Assembly: GCF_009914755.1 (NCBI RefSeq)
Contig: NC_060934.1
DNA: 64,000 nt
Reading direction: 5' to 3' (one strand)
Origin: the human T2T-CHM13v2.0 reference genome, Homo sapiens
A program made the translations under genes and the position numbers. This document shows, one piece after another, positions 37,305 to 49,281 of this stretch; position 1 is the stretch's first letter; every line of letters starts with the position of its first letter. The notes below the pieces were generated by a model that saw only the letters and a list, made by a program, of their open reading frames with translations, made no database searches and was not told where the DNA came from.

Positions 37305-38569
37305 CCTGCTGAGATTTCTGCGCCAGTAAATTGTGATTTTTGATATTCTCTTGTTTATCTCTTCAGTTTGCCCTGTAACCTTATCTCTCTACAGATCTAA
37401 GAAGAGTTATTGATTTTTCTATTTGTTCAGATTTTTAGTTATTGTTAGGAAAGATTCATGACTTCCTGGCTCCTTACTTGCTTTTCTCATTCAATATTCC
37501 CTATGAGTACATATTTTATACTTTAAGCAACTTGTTTTGATGAACATTTAGATTCTCCACCCTCTCTTTTTTTGATTACTTAGAACGTTTAGGCCAGACA
37601 CGATGGCTCATGCCTGTAATCCCAGCAGTTTGGGAGGCCGAGGCGAATGGATCGCTTGAGCCCAGGAGTTTGAGGCTCTACAAAAAAATTAAAAAAAGAA
37701 AATTAGGTGTTAATCCTTGACCTTATATTTCTCAAAGTTTTACCAAGAGTTCCCCCGGACTCCGAGTCCTACCACCAGTGCCAAGAGAAGTATGCAGCCT
37801 AAAGGTGCACCCTGCCCCAAGTGAGATCTCTTAGTTCCACAGCTGACCTTTCCTGGCTCTTCTGGTGAGTGGTATGGAAAATGATGGAGAAACTGCCATA
37901 TGTTTTCATAATGGTCAGACCAATTTACATTTCCATCAACAGTATACTAGGGTTCCCTTTTCTCCACACCCTTGCCAGCACTTATCTTGTTGTTTTTTTT
38001 TTTTTTTTTGTAATAGCCATCCTAATAGGTATGAGGTGGTATCTAACTGTGGTTTTGATTTGTGTTTTCCAGATGACTTGTGAAGTTGATTCAGTTGTCA
38101 TATACCTGTTGGCCATTTATATGTCTTCTTTGGAAAAGTGTCTGTTCAAGTCCTTTGCCCACTTTTTAATTTGTTAGTGTATGTTTGCTATTGAGTTGTA
38201 TGAGTTCCTTATAGTATATTGTGGATATTAACTCTTCATCAGTTATATGGTCTGCAAATATTTTCTCCCACACTGAATGCTGCCTTTTCATTTTTTTTAT
38301 GTGTATACTTGACTTTTAAAATCAGTAACAAGGTCCATACAATTCACATTTGGCTGATATGCCTCTTGATTCTCTTGTAATTTGTAAGTTCCTTTGACTC
38401 CTTTCCTTCTTTTAATTTATTTATTAAAAAATGGAATCATTTGCACTATAGAATCTCCCACATTCTGGATTTTGACAATTGCATTCCAATGGAGTCCTTT
38501 AGCATGTTCCTGTGTTTCTTATAATCCGGTAGTTAGATCTAGAATTTGACCAGATTTAAGGCCAATTTT

Positions 38570-38628
38570 TTTTAGCTAGGATACTGCATGGGTGGTTATG
38601 TTTTAGCTAGGATACCGCATGGGTGGTT
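38570..38628. repeat. 28-bp direct repeat, two copies, 3-bp spacer
   Basis: ttttagctaggatac(t/c)gcatgggtggtt twice. Confidence 0.9.
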
Positions 38629-38691
38629 CATGATATCATGAAAAAAGCATGTTCTTAAAGCAATTTAAGTGACAGTACAAAAGGTTGGGTC

Positions 38692-39004
38692 AGGTGGGGC
38701 ACGGTAGCTCATGCCTGCAATCCCAGCCCTTTGGGAGGCCAAGGCAGGAGGATTGTTGAAGCCTGGAGTTTGAGACCAGCCTGGGCAACATAGTGAGACC
38801 CCGTCCCTACAGAAAACATTTTTTTAATTAGCTGGGCTTGTTGGCATGTGCCTGTAGTCCCAGCTACTCAGGAAGCTGAGGCAGGAAGATCGCTTGAACC
38901 CATGAGGTCAAGGCTGCAATGAATCATGATGGCAACACTGCACTCTAGCTCAGGCAACAGACCAAGACCCTGTCTCAAAAAACAAAAAACAATAACAAAA
39001 AAAG
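38692..39004 (+). mobile_element. AluJ in the ABCC2 upstream region
   Basis: AluJ diagnostics; TSD aaaaggttgggtc. Confidence 0.9.
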
Positions 39005-39607
39005 AAAAGGTTGGGTCGATGACAGTTTCTAGCGACTGATGCCACCACTCTGTTTACAGAATCACCCCTCTCCTCTGGCCCTGATGTTTTATCATGATAT
39101 CATATTTACAATGCCTGGCAAAGGCTTCATTCCCATTTGGCATACTACCTCTCAGGCAAATAGAACTTTTGAAAGCCTGTATTATGTATATAACATATAG
39201 GCTCACACTGGATAAGCTATTTTATAACCTGACTTCTTCAAAGAAAGTTTACATCATGTTTAAACCATGTTTTAGATTCTATATTTTTAATTAAAAATCT
39301 AAGGAAGAAGGATATTTCACATTTCTATAAACTCTAAGATCTTGCAGCAGAAGCGAAACTGCACATTTAGGGGTGCCTGCCCCTCTACTGATGCTGCCCT
39401 TTGTGGGTCATATGTCCTTAGGAAAATGAAAGACTGTGCACTCTTGATTTGTTGGCCAGCTCTGTTGACATCTTTCAGTGGTTCCTTTTATGTATGGCCA
39501 CTCCTACAGAGGCCTCTTGTACTTTGGGAACTGGTGAGTCTCCCTGTCCCTAGGGCTTTTTAGTCACATGTCCATCCACTGTTTCAATGTAACATGCATC
39601 TAGGCAA

Positions 39608-39621
39608 GGTTAACGATTAAA
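39608..39621 (+). promoter_or_regulatory. HNF1-type binding site
   Basis: GGTTAACGATTAAA versus consensus GGTTAATNATTAAC; fits liver/kidney/gut expression of MRP2. Confidence 0.7.
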
Positions 39622-39661
39622 TGGTTGGGATGAAAGGTCATCCTTTACGGAGAACATCAGA

Positions 39662-39730
39662 ATGGTAGATAATTCCTGTTCCACTTTCTTTGATGAAACA
39701 AGTAAAGAAGAAACAACACAATCATATTAA
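39662..39730 (+). promoter_or_regulatory. ABCC2 uORF at c.-105 (22 aa, MVDNSCSTFFDETSKEETTQSY*)
   Basis: agaATGG strong context; in frame with the main ORF; closed by TAA TAG. Confidence 0.8.
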
Positions 39731-39766
39731 TAGAAGAGTCTTCGTTCCAGACGCAGTCCAGGAATC

Positions 39767-39799
39767 ATGCTGGAGAAGTTCTGCAACTCTACTTTTTGG
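39767..39799 (+). CDS. ABCC2: ABCC2 (MRP2/cMOAT) exon 1 coding part: MLEKFCNSTFW
   Basis: atcATG; donor TGG|gtgaga; MRP2 N-terminus. Confidence 0.96.
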
Positions 39800-41400
39800 G
39801 TGAGAAATTACATTTATCTTCATATTGACTCTTCTCAGACTCAGAACAAGTGGTAGTTAGTTAACTTAGGGTGGTCACCAACAAGAACCAGAAATGTTAG
39901 ATGTGCAATTGGTCTAAAGCTCAGGCTTTTTAGAAAGCATAATTCATAATATCTCCAGAGGATATAAGATCTGGGAAATGTAATGCAAATTATTCTCTGT
40001 CATATGTTTTTTTATATCAGACTCTTGTACTAGCTAGTCGCAAAATTGCCTTCTCTAAAGAGAAACAGGTAAAAACCTTCCAATTTAATCCGTGTGAGGA
40101 AGGAGAATTGTTGTTGCATACTTTGCTAGTAGAAGGAAGAGAAGATCCGTGACTGAGTCTTGCTGAGACATGTTGATGTTGAAATGATAATGATAAGTTC
40201 TAGAACTGGCACCTAATGATATGGACTAGAAGTTGAGTCTAGGGATGCAACTTTGGGCATCATGAGCATTGAAATAATTTTTGAACAACTAGAGTTGGGT
40301 AATATTGTTTTTAAGGAAAAGAAGAGACACCACTTAGAGGGTGAACAAGAACAGTGTAACATTACGGAGTCATAGATAGCAAAAAATTTCAAGATAGGGG
40401 CCAATCAACAGTATCAAAGGTCTAGTGGAATAGAAAACAAAAAAGGACCTTAGATTTAGTGATTTTAGTAAGGGTTTGGTGAGAAAGTATCATCTGCAAA
40501 CTCCTAGCCTCAGCATCAGAATCACCTGGGGCAATAAATGTAGTTTAAGTATCTTAAGTGATTCTTCTGAATTCTAACATTTGATAACCTTATATAGAGG
40601 TGAGAGGGGCAGGGATGAGATAGCAGAGCACCTGGGCAGCACCTCGTGTCTTAGAAAGGACCTGGGTCCCAAGACCCTCGAGGCCAGGAGTGTATACCAC
40701 GGCAAGGTGGATCTTCATGGGCTATAGTATCTAGACAGGCCATCTCTTGAGAATTCTTTCTGAGAACTACCTGACAAACTTTCTTGGTCAGGGCATCGCA
40801 AGCAATTCTTTAAAGAGTCTGTATAAATAATCATATAAAACAATTTTTAACTATTTATAGGAAAAGAAAAATCCACACTCATGTGACTCAGATACAAGAA
40901 TTGGTGCCCACCCCCCACCCCCCAACTTCCACTTCACAAGACACTTCCATTTATCGCAGAATGCAAAGACTGCACAAAACTTGCTGGTTGGAAGCCTTCT
41001 GTCCAACAATGCTGTTGTCACTGCTGTGCTGAAACTGGCCAGGTTTTTAATGTAAGCGCTTTGGGCCATCAGAGAGCAAATGTTACAGTATGACTAAGCA
41101 TTCTCCCTGCATGGCGCCTGCATGTTTGAATATCTGCCAGTGAGTTCAGTTAGTGCTAGAAACTTGAATAATTTTTTATATCCCAGGGAATTATTCTGTC
41201 CTTTAAACTGGGGAACAGTCCTTCTTCATCCTATAATTTGGCAAATGCAGTGGTGAGGTTTACTCAGAATAGCTGGTACAAAATTCACTTAGAATCACAA
41301 GAAGACACGTTTTTGGAGGGTGGGTTGGCCAGAAAGTGACTACATTTGTCATTAAATGGTGAATTTGTATCCATGTGCACAAATAGGAAAATACGGATAG

Positions 41401-41871
<471 letters not shown>

Positions 41872-42436
41872 TAAATCAAAGTGGCTTTGATTTTTGCATA
41901 AGAATGGTGACTCTTAATTCTTGTGGATATTGGGTTCCCTAAACACAAAGGGCATATAATCAATCAAATTATCTTTATAGCATTTGAGAAATGAACACTG
42001 GATCACCTGTCTTTAAACAGCTCTAATAAATCAGTGGACTGTAATTCAGTTGGCATCTACCTCGTGAAAATGAGCTAGATAATGGATCTCCTGCCCCACT
42101 GAGGCAATCCAACTATCACTCATCTTCAAAAACTTGGGTCCGAAATAAGGTTTCCATTTTCCCCGCATATTTGATGAGTCAGGATGATCACTCACAGTAG
42201 AAGGAGGAGGGGTAAGTGTGCACAGTGACAAGCACGAGTAGGGAAATAATGGAAAGGACAGGTCTGCGGGAGAGGCCCAGGAGGGGCCAGGAGGGGAGGA
42301 GCCCTCAGCCAGCTGCACCAACTCACTCAGGGAAGGGTCTTGTGGGAACCCAAGACCCTCATTCGAGGTTGTAAAATTATCTCATAAAATCTTCCATCTG
42401 CTTCTTTTCACTATTTTTTTTTCTATCTCTCCTTAT

Positions 42437-42739
42437 TATCATTATTACTACCATTTTAAATGGAGTCTCACTCTGTTGCCCAGGCTGGAGTGCAGTGGCA
42501 CTATCTCGGCTCACTGCAACCTCCACCTCCTGGGTTCAAGCAATTCTTATGCCTCAACCCCTCCCGAGTAGCTGGGATTACAGGAGCACGCCACCATGTC
42601 CAGCTAATTTTTGTATTTTTAGTAGGGCGGGATTTCGCCATGTTGGCCAGACTGGTCTCGAACTCCTGACCTCAAGTGATCCCTCCTGCCTTGGCCTCCC
42701 AAAGTGCTGCGATTACAAGCCTGAGCCACCTGCACAGCC
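42437..42739 (-). mobile_element. AluS element
   Basis: Reverse-complement dimer. Confidence 0.9.
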
Positions 42740-43496
42740 TCTGTCAGTCCTTATCTTTCAACAGGTTTTTAGAAAGGCAAACTAGATTCCATTGTTCTAC
42801 TAGCATACCTAACAATGACTCAGGTTACCTGGAATCTTAAAGGAGGAAAGAGCTTGGCCAAAGGAAGTGGATTTCACCTTGACACTTTGAGGTTGGGGTT
42901 GATCGTGGGTTTTATTAGATTCTGATTCAAAAAAGAACAGTCTCAGAGCTTGGGACAGTGTCACTGTCTCCCTTGTTGACCTGAGTGCCCATCACAGGAC
43001 CTAGCATGTTTCAAACACTCCCACTGGAATACAACATTTGTTGAATGTTGGTGTTAAATGCATTCTGGGAATAGTGGTTGATTCAAGAGTAGGTTAGAGC
43101 TGACCTCAGTGGTACATACCTGTAATCCCAGTTCCTCTGGAAGCTAGAAGTGGTAGGATCACTAGAGGCCAGCCTGGCAACATAGTGAGTCCCCATCTCT
43201 TAAAAAAATAAAATAAAATAAAAATAAAAAGGAAAGAAACATATGTTAGACTTTGAACATTCTGAACATTAAACAACTCTGAACATTTAATAACATTCTC
43301 AGTACCCTTGGAATTGAGTCATTGTTCGAGGTTAGAAGCAATCAAGTTGGGAGGCTTCTTCTACTTTCTGGAGCTTCCAAGAAGAAGCTGGTTAATGAGC
43401 AAACCAATATCCCATCCTAATAAAAGCTATTAGTTAACTCTTTTACAAAATACTTTATTGAGATATAATGTACATACCATACAGTTCTCTCATTTA

Positions 43497-44097
<601 letters not shown>

Positions 44098-44702
44098 TCA
44101 GTTTTTTTCAGTATATTAACACATATGTGCAACCATCACCACAGTCAATTTTAGAACATTTCATTATCTTTAACCCCGTCTCCTCCTTCCCCTTATCCTT
44201 AGCAACTGCTAAATCTCTTTTCTGTCTTTATAGATTTCCCTGTTCTAGACATTTCATATGAATGGAATTATATAATATGGTTCTTTTTTGATTGGCTTCT
44301 TTCACTTAGCACAATGTGTTCAAGGTTTATCTATGCTGTACCATTGCTATACCATGTATTGATATTTTACCCCTTTTTTTGGGGGGACGGAGTCTCGTTC
44401 TGTCGCCCAGGCAGGCTGCCAGCATAGATTCCTGCCAACAGTGTGTTAAAGTGCATGTCCTTGCACCATTGTCAGCATTGAGTTATTTTCAACTTTTATG
44501 TGTAAACATGACATCTCACTGAGTTGCTTTGCATTTTTATGAATACTAACGCAATTGTTTTTTTAATTTGTTAAGTGTATTTCATTTGCGAATTGTCTGT
44601 TCATATCACTTCCTTATTTTTTAATGGGGGTGTGAGTGTATTTAACTTATCTTTTGAACGGATAATTCTCAGAGGATCACAAAGTTCAAAAAGTACAAAA
44701 GG

Positions 44703-45008
44703 AGCTGGGCATAGTAGCTCATGCCTGTAATCCCAACACTTTGGGAAGCTGAAGTGGGAGAATTGCTTGAGCCCAGTATTTCGAGACCAGCCTGGCCAAC
44801 TTGGTGAGACCGATCTCTACAAAAAATTAAAAAAATTCACCAGGCATGGTGGCATGTGCCTGTGGTCCCAGCTACTCGGGAGGCTGAGGTGGGAAGATCA
44901 CTTGACAAGTTCAAGGAGGTCAAGGCTGCAGTGAGCCATGTTCACACCACTGCACTTCAGCCTGGGCGACAGAGGTAGACCCTGTCTCAAAAAAAAAAAG
45001 AAAAAAAA
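44703..45008 (+). mobile_element. AluJ element
   Basis: AluJ diagnostics; TSD aaaag(t/g)acaaaagg. Confidence 0.88.
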
Positions 45009-45213
45009 GGACAAAAGGGTACCCAGTACTCTAGTCACTCATTCATGTCTTAGTTGGCAACCATTGATACCAGTTCCTCATATCTCCTTCCAGAAATAGC
45101 CTGTGCTTTTACAAACAGCTACGTACATATATTTTTTCACACAAATGCTAGCGTCCCATATGTGCTTTTCTGTGTCTTAGAGCTCCTTCCATTTTAGCAC
45201 ATAAAAATCTGCA

Positions 45214-46860
45214 TTTTTCTCTCTTTTTGTGGATATTTTATTCATTTGTACCTAAGCAGCCAAACTCGTACTGATACCACCATGCAGCCAAGGTTACTGA
45301 AACCTCTTTGATTAGACTTCAGTCATATCCCACCCCCAAATAGACCCAATAGGTACAATGAAAACCAGTATATCAAGGCAGAATACAGAGCTGTAAAACA
45401 AGAAAAATCCTATGAGGGAGGGAGGGAAAAAGGAAGAATTCCGCCACTACCCAGACTAAAATCGAGTTAATATATTCATCTCCACACGTTTTCAGGCTGC
45501 ATGTTCATGGAGTAATTTAGGAATAAACCTATGATTTGTGAAGCACTGAAATACTTAGTGGTTTGCTGTATTACATCATAGCTTTCCCCAGCAGTTTCCA
45601 AGACAGCTTCCAAAAACTGGCAGGAGAATTTCGCTGGAGCTGCATGCAGGACTACCAAGATTCCTCCCCACAGTTATGAAACCGATTTTTCCGGGACTGG
45701 TTGTTCTAGTCTTCTGGGTGCCAAGTCTGACTTTTCTGGGAATGGTTGATCCACACTGGAAGGTTTCCAGATGTGTTCCCCAGGCATTCCTGGTGGTAGG
45801 AAGAGTAGAGGCCTGGGTATTCTGTAGATGCTGAGCCCTGAGTCATATTGTTGCTTATTCTTTGGTCAGTTGGTTTTCTACCACCTCTTAGCTTTCATTC
45901 TCTGTAACTAGCTTGTATGCTGTTTGTAGCTAAGATTCAGGGTATTGGAAAGTTCTTGCAGCTGCTGGAGGCTGCGGTGTTTCTGTCTCTGAAATCCATC
46001 ATTAATTACACACAGCTGGGCCGGAGAGAACATGATTCTGGTCTTCTGTTTCTTCTCCTGGATCTTATCTTCATTCTTCACTGTGCTCTTCTCTGCAGAA
46101 ATGTGTAGTTTTACTCTGGGACTAGTGGAAGAATTAGAGCTTTCCTGAATAAATAGATCCACGGAGGAAGGAAGATGAGAGAGCCTCTGAGTGGGACACC
46201 TCCTCATATGTCATTTGCAAGGATGGATAACTTTCATCAGGGCCACGAGTCACAGGCATTGGTGAAAGAGTCCCTAGAATTGGATGCTTTAGAATAAGGC
46301 AGGCTTTGGAGACAAGCTGGACTCACACTCATGTTATTGAAAAGGAGCGGGGAGGGGCGGGTGCAGTGGCTCACGTCTGTAATCCCAGCACTTTGGGAGG
46401 CTGAGGTGGGTGGATCACCTGAGGTCAGAAGTTCAAGATCAGTCTGGGCAACATGGTGAAACCCCATCTCTACTAAAAATACAAAAATTAGCCGGGCATA
46501 ATGGTTCACACCTGTAATCCCATCTCCTTGGGAGGCTGAGGCAGGAGAATCACTTGAACCTGGGAGGCGGAGGTTGCAGTGAGATAGCACCACTACACTC
46601 CAGCCTGGGTGACAGAGCGAAACTCCGTCTCAAAAAAAAAAAAAAAAAGAAAAAGGAAAAGAAAAAGAAAGAAAAGGAAAGGTGGAGGAAAATTAAAGAG
46701 CTGGACTGTAAAAATGGCTAAGGCTTTAAGATTTAAGTATCTAGGTAGAATATCTTAGAGAAATATGTAAAATTTCTCCAAATGTAAAAGTATCAAAAAG
46801 CCAGGATGAAGTCAGTCCCCTCCACATTACTGGGAGACAACCAGCTCAATCCCACAAAAG
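45214..46860 (-). pseudogene. NANOGP6: Processed NANOG pseudogene in ABCC2 intron 2 (CDS remnant 46332->45482; 5' UTR to ~46860; 3' UTR and A-tail remnant to ~45214)
   Basis: Minus-strand peptides [54 protein letters not shown] and [14 protein letters not shown] match NANOG. Intronless, with frameshifts and stops; AATAAA at 45242-45237 (minus). The P6 number is from recalled location. Confidence 0.93.
46355..46670 (+). mobile_element. AluS inserted in the NANOG retrocopy 5' UTR
   Basis: Alu dimer with A/GA tail; approximate TSD gaaaagga..gg.gga. Confidence 0.9.
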
Positions 46861-48040
46861 GTCTGCTTCTTTCTTTGTAATGATTCCTTGAGATGCTGTT
46901 ATTTGAATGTACCATAATTTATGTGTCCTGTATGACATGAATTTCATTGGTTTCTAATATTTTGCATCATGAGCAATGCTGCCATACACAGCTTTGTATA
47001 TACTTGTGTATACAAGTGTGTCTATAGGATAAATTCCCAAAAATGAAATGACTGAGTTAAGGATATGTGAACTCAGAATTTTTATACACAGTGCAAACTG
47101 CCCTCAAAGAGGCTTTCCTTGGTCTCATCAACTTTGTATCACATTTTTTGATGTTTGCTAATTGGTTAGGCAAAAATGTTATGTTTCAAATTATATATAC
47201 TTTCAAATTGTATTCTCATATTAATGAGGTTAAGCACATGTTCATATGTTTAAAAGCCTTTTGTGTTTTTTTAAATCCATTTAATTTATATACTCATTTT
47301 TTTACATTGAGTTATTAGGGTATTTTTAAAAATTACTTTGTAGAAGTTCTTTATAAAGTTAACTGGTCTTTTTTGATATGAACTGCTCAGTGTATTTCAA
47401 ATCCATTATATGAGTTTAATATATATAATCTTATGGCAAGACCCCCTCCTTTTCCCTGGCCTGGGGAATAGGCTGCTGGTTAGTACCCTCTAGTCATCTC
47501 CAAGGGCAGGTGCCTTACCTCTAGCTTGCTCTATTTTACCTCCTAATTTACCTAAAGGCAACCATAGCTTACCGCCTATGAAGCTACATTTTTTTCCCAA
47601 AACCTCATAGTCTCTTGTGAGGAAAACACCCTATAGTGTATTATATACTTGAAAAAATGCATTTCAGTTATTAACATGTCTTTGACTCTACTCCTTACTA
47701 AATAATAGCACTGATCCTATTAGTTAAAGTAAAGGTGCATTCATCTCCTTTCTTGGCTGGTTTTCATTACAAAGGGCCCATTATCTCTGCCTGTGCCATT
47801 CTGGATAAATTAGACTTAAAAGAATGAATAAGGGTAGATGGATAGGGGCATAAAAGCATGAGGGGAGGGGAGATGGTGCCACATAAATATCTTCATTTTG
47901 ATGGCTAAGATGATGGTATACTCAGTGGAGGCAGTAATTTTCCCCCTGATAGGTGGGGATGTGGGCCTTTAAAACAGTGTAATGTGTATCATGTCTTCTG
48001 AGCTCATAGGACAAATACTGATTGGCATTGTCTGGGATCA

Positions 48041-48376
<336 letters not shown>

Positions 48377-48384
48377 TTAAACCT

Positions 48385-48945
48385 AGTACTTTCTGTTGCT
48401 ATATAACAAAATACCCCAAAACTTAGCAGCTAAAAGAGAATTCTTTAAATCTTAACAGTTTCTGTGGATCAAGAATTTGGGAGCAGCTTACCCAGGTTCT
48501 GCTTCAAGGTCTCTCAGGAGGTTGAAGTTCATATGAGCTGTCTGGGGTTACTGGCATGTGAAGTCTTGACTGGGGCTAAAAGATCTGCTTCTAAGACGAC
48601 TGTCACATGGCTGGTGGCAGGAAGCCTCAGTTTCTCACTGGCTGTTGGCGGAAGGTCTCAGTTCCTTACCAAGTGGACTTCTCCAAAGAGCTATTGGAGT
48701 GTCCTCATGACTGGACTGGTAGCTTTCTCCAGAGTGAGCAATCGGAGACAGAGAACAAGGAGAAATAATCCACATTGCTTTTTTATGCCCTAGCCTTGGA
48801 AGTCACACGCTGTCACTTCTGCCATTTTCTATTCACCAGAAGTACATCCCTAAGTCCCCAGCCCACACTCAAGGGAGAGGGAATTAAGCTCTGCTCTTTG
48901 AAGAGAGGAATATCAAAAAATCTGCAGACATATTTTAAAACTTCA
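48385..48945 (-). mobile_element. MLT1F/G-like MaLR LTR
   Basis: ttgctatataacaaaataccccaaaacttagcagct...ctgtggatcaagaatttggg signature. Confidence 0.7.
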
Positions 48946-49155
48946 CACTCAGCATTCCTCAAAAACAATGATCATGGCATACTTTGAACATTATTCTATC
49001 ACTTGAACTGTATGTATCCATTCTTTCCAGAAATATTTATTGTGTTATCTGAATCACTGCATACCGTTTTTCCTATCCATCACCGGAAACCATTCTGTTC
49101 TAAGAGCCTTATAAAGAATGATATCCTCTTAACAGTGGTCTTTTTCCCTTCTCAG

Positions 49156-49281
49156 GTATTCGTTGGTTTTCTTCTTATTCTAGCAGCCATAGAGCTGGCC
49201 CTTGTACTCACAGAAGACTCTGGACAAGCCACAGTCCCTGCTGTTCGATATACCAATCCAAGCCTCTACCTAGGCACATGG
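49156..49281 (+). CDS. ABCC2: ABCC2 exon 3 (126 nt): VFVGFLLIL...YLGTW
   Basis: ttctcag|GTA ... TGG|gtaaga. Confidence 0.96.

Larger units (their letters stand above)
39300..39766 (+). promoter_or_regulatory. ABCC2: ABCC2 proximal promoter and 5' leader (CpG-poor; TSS not determinable from sequence)
   Basis: Unique sequence directly upstream of the ABCC2 ATG; contains an HNF1-type site and seven upstream ATGs. Confidence 0.75.

Noticed and set aside
39355-39374. GAAACT-n8-AGGGGT as a counterpart of the rodent Mrp2 ER-8 (FXR/PXR/CAR) element
   Set aside because: Both half-sites deviate too far from TGAACT/AGTTCA to call from sequence.
43251-43295. Clustered TGAACATT repeats as a DR3 nuclear-receptor element
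   Set aside because: Half-sites read TGTTCA, not RGKTCA; more likely local slippage.
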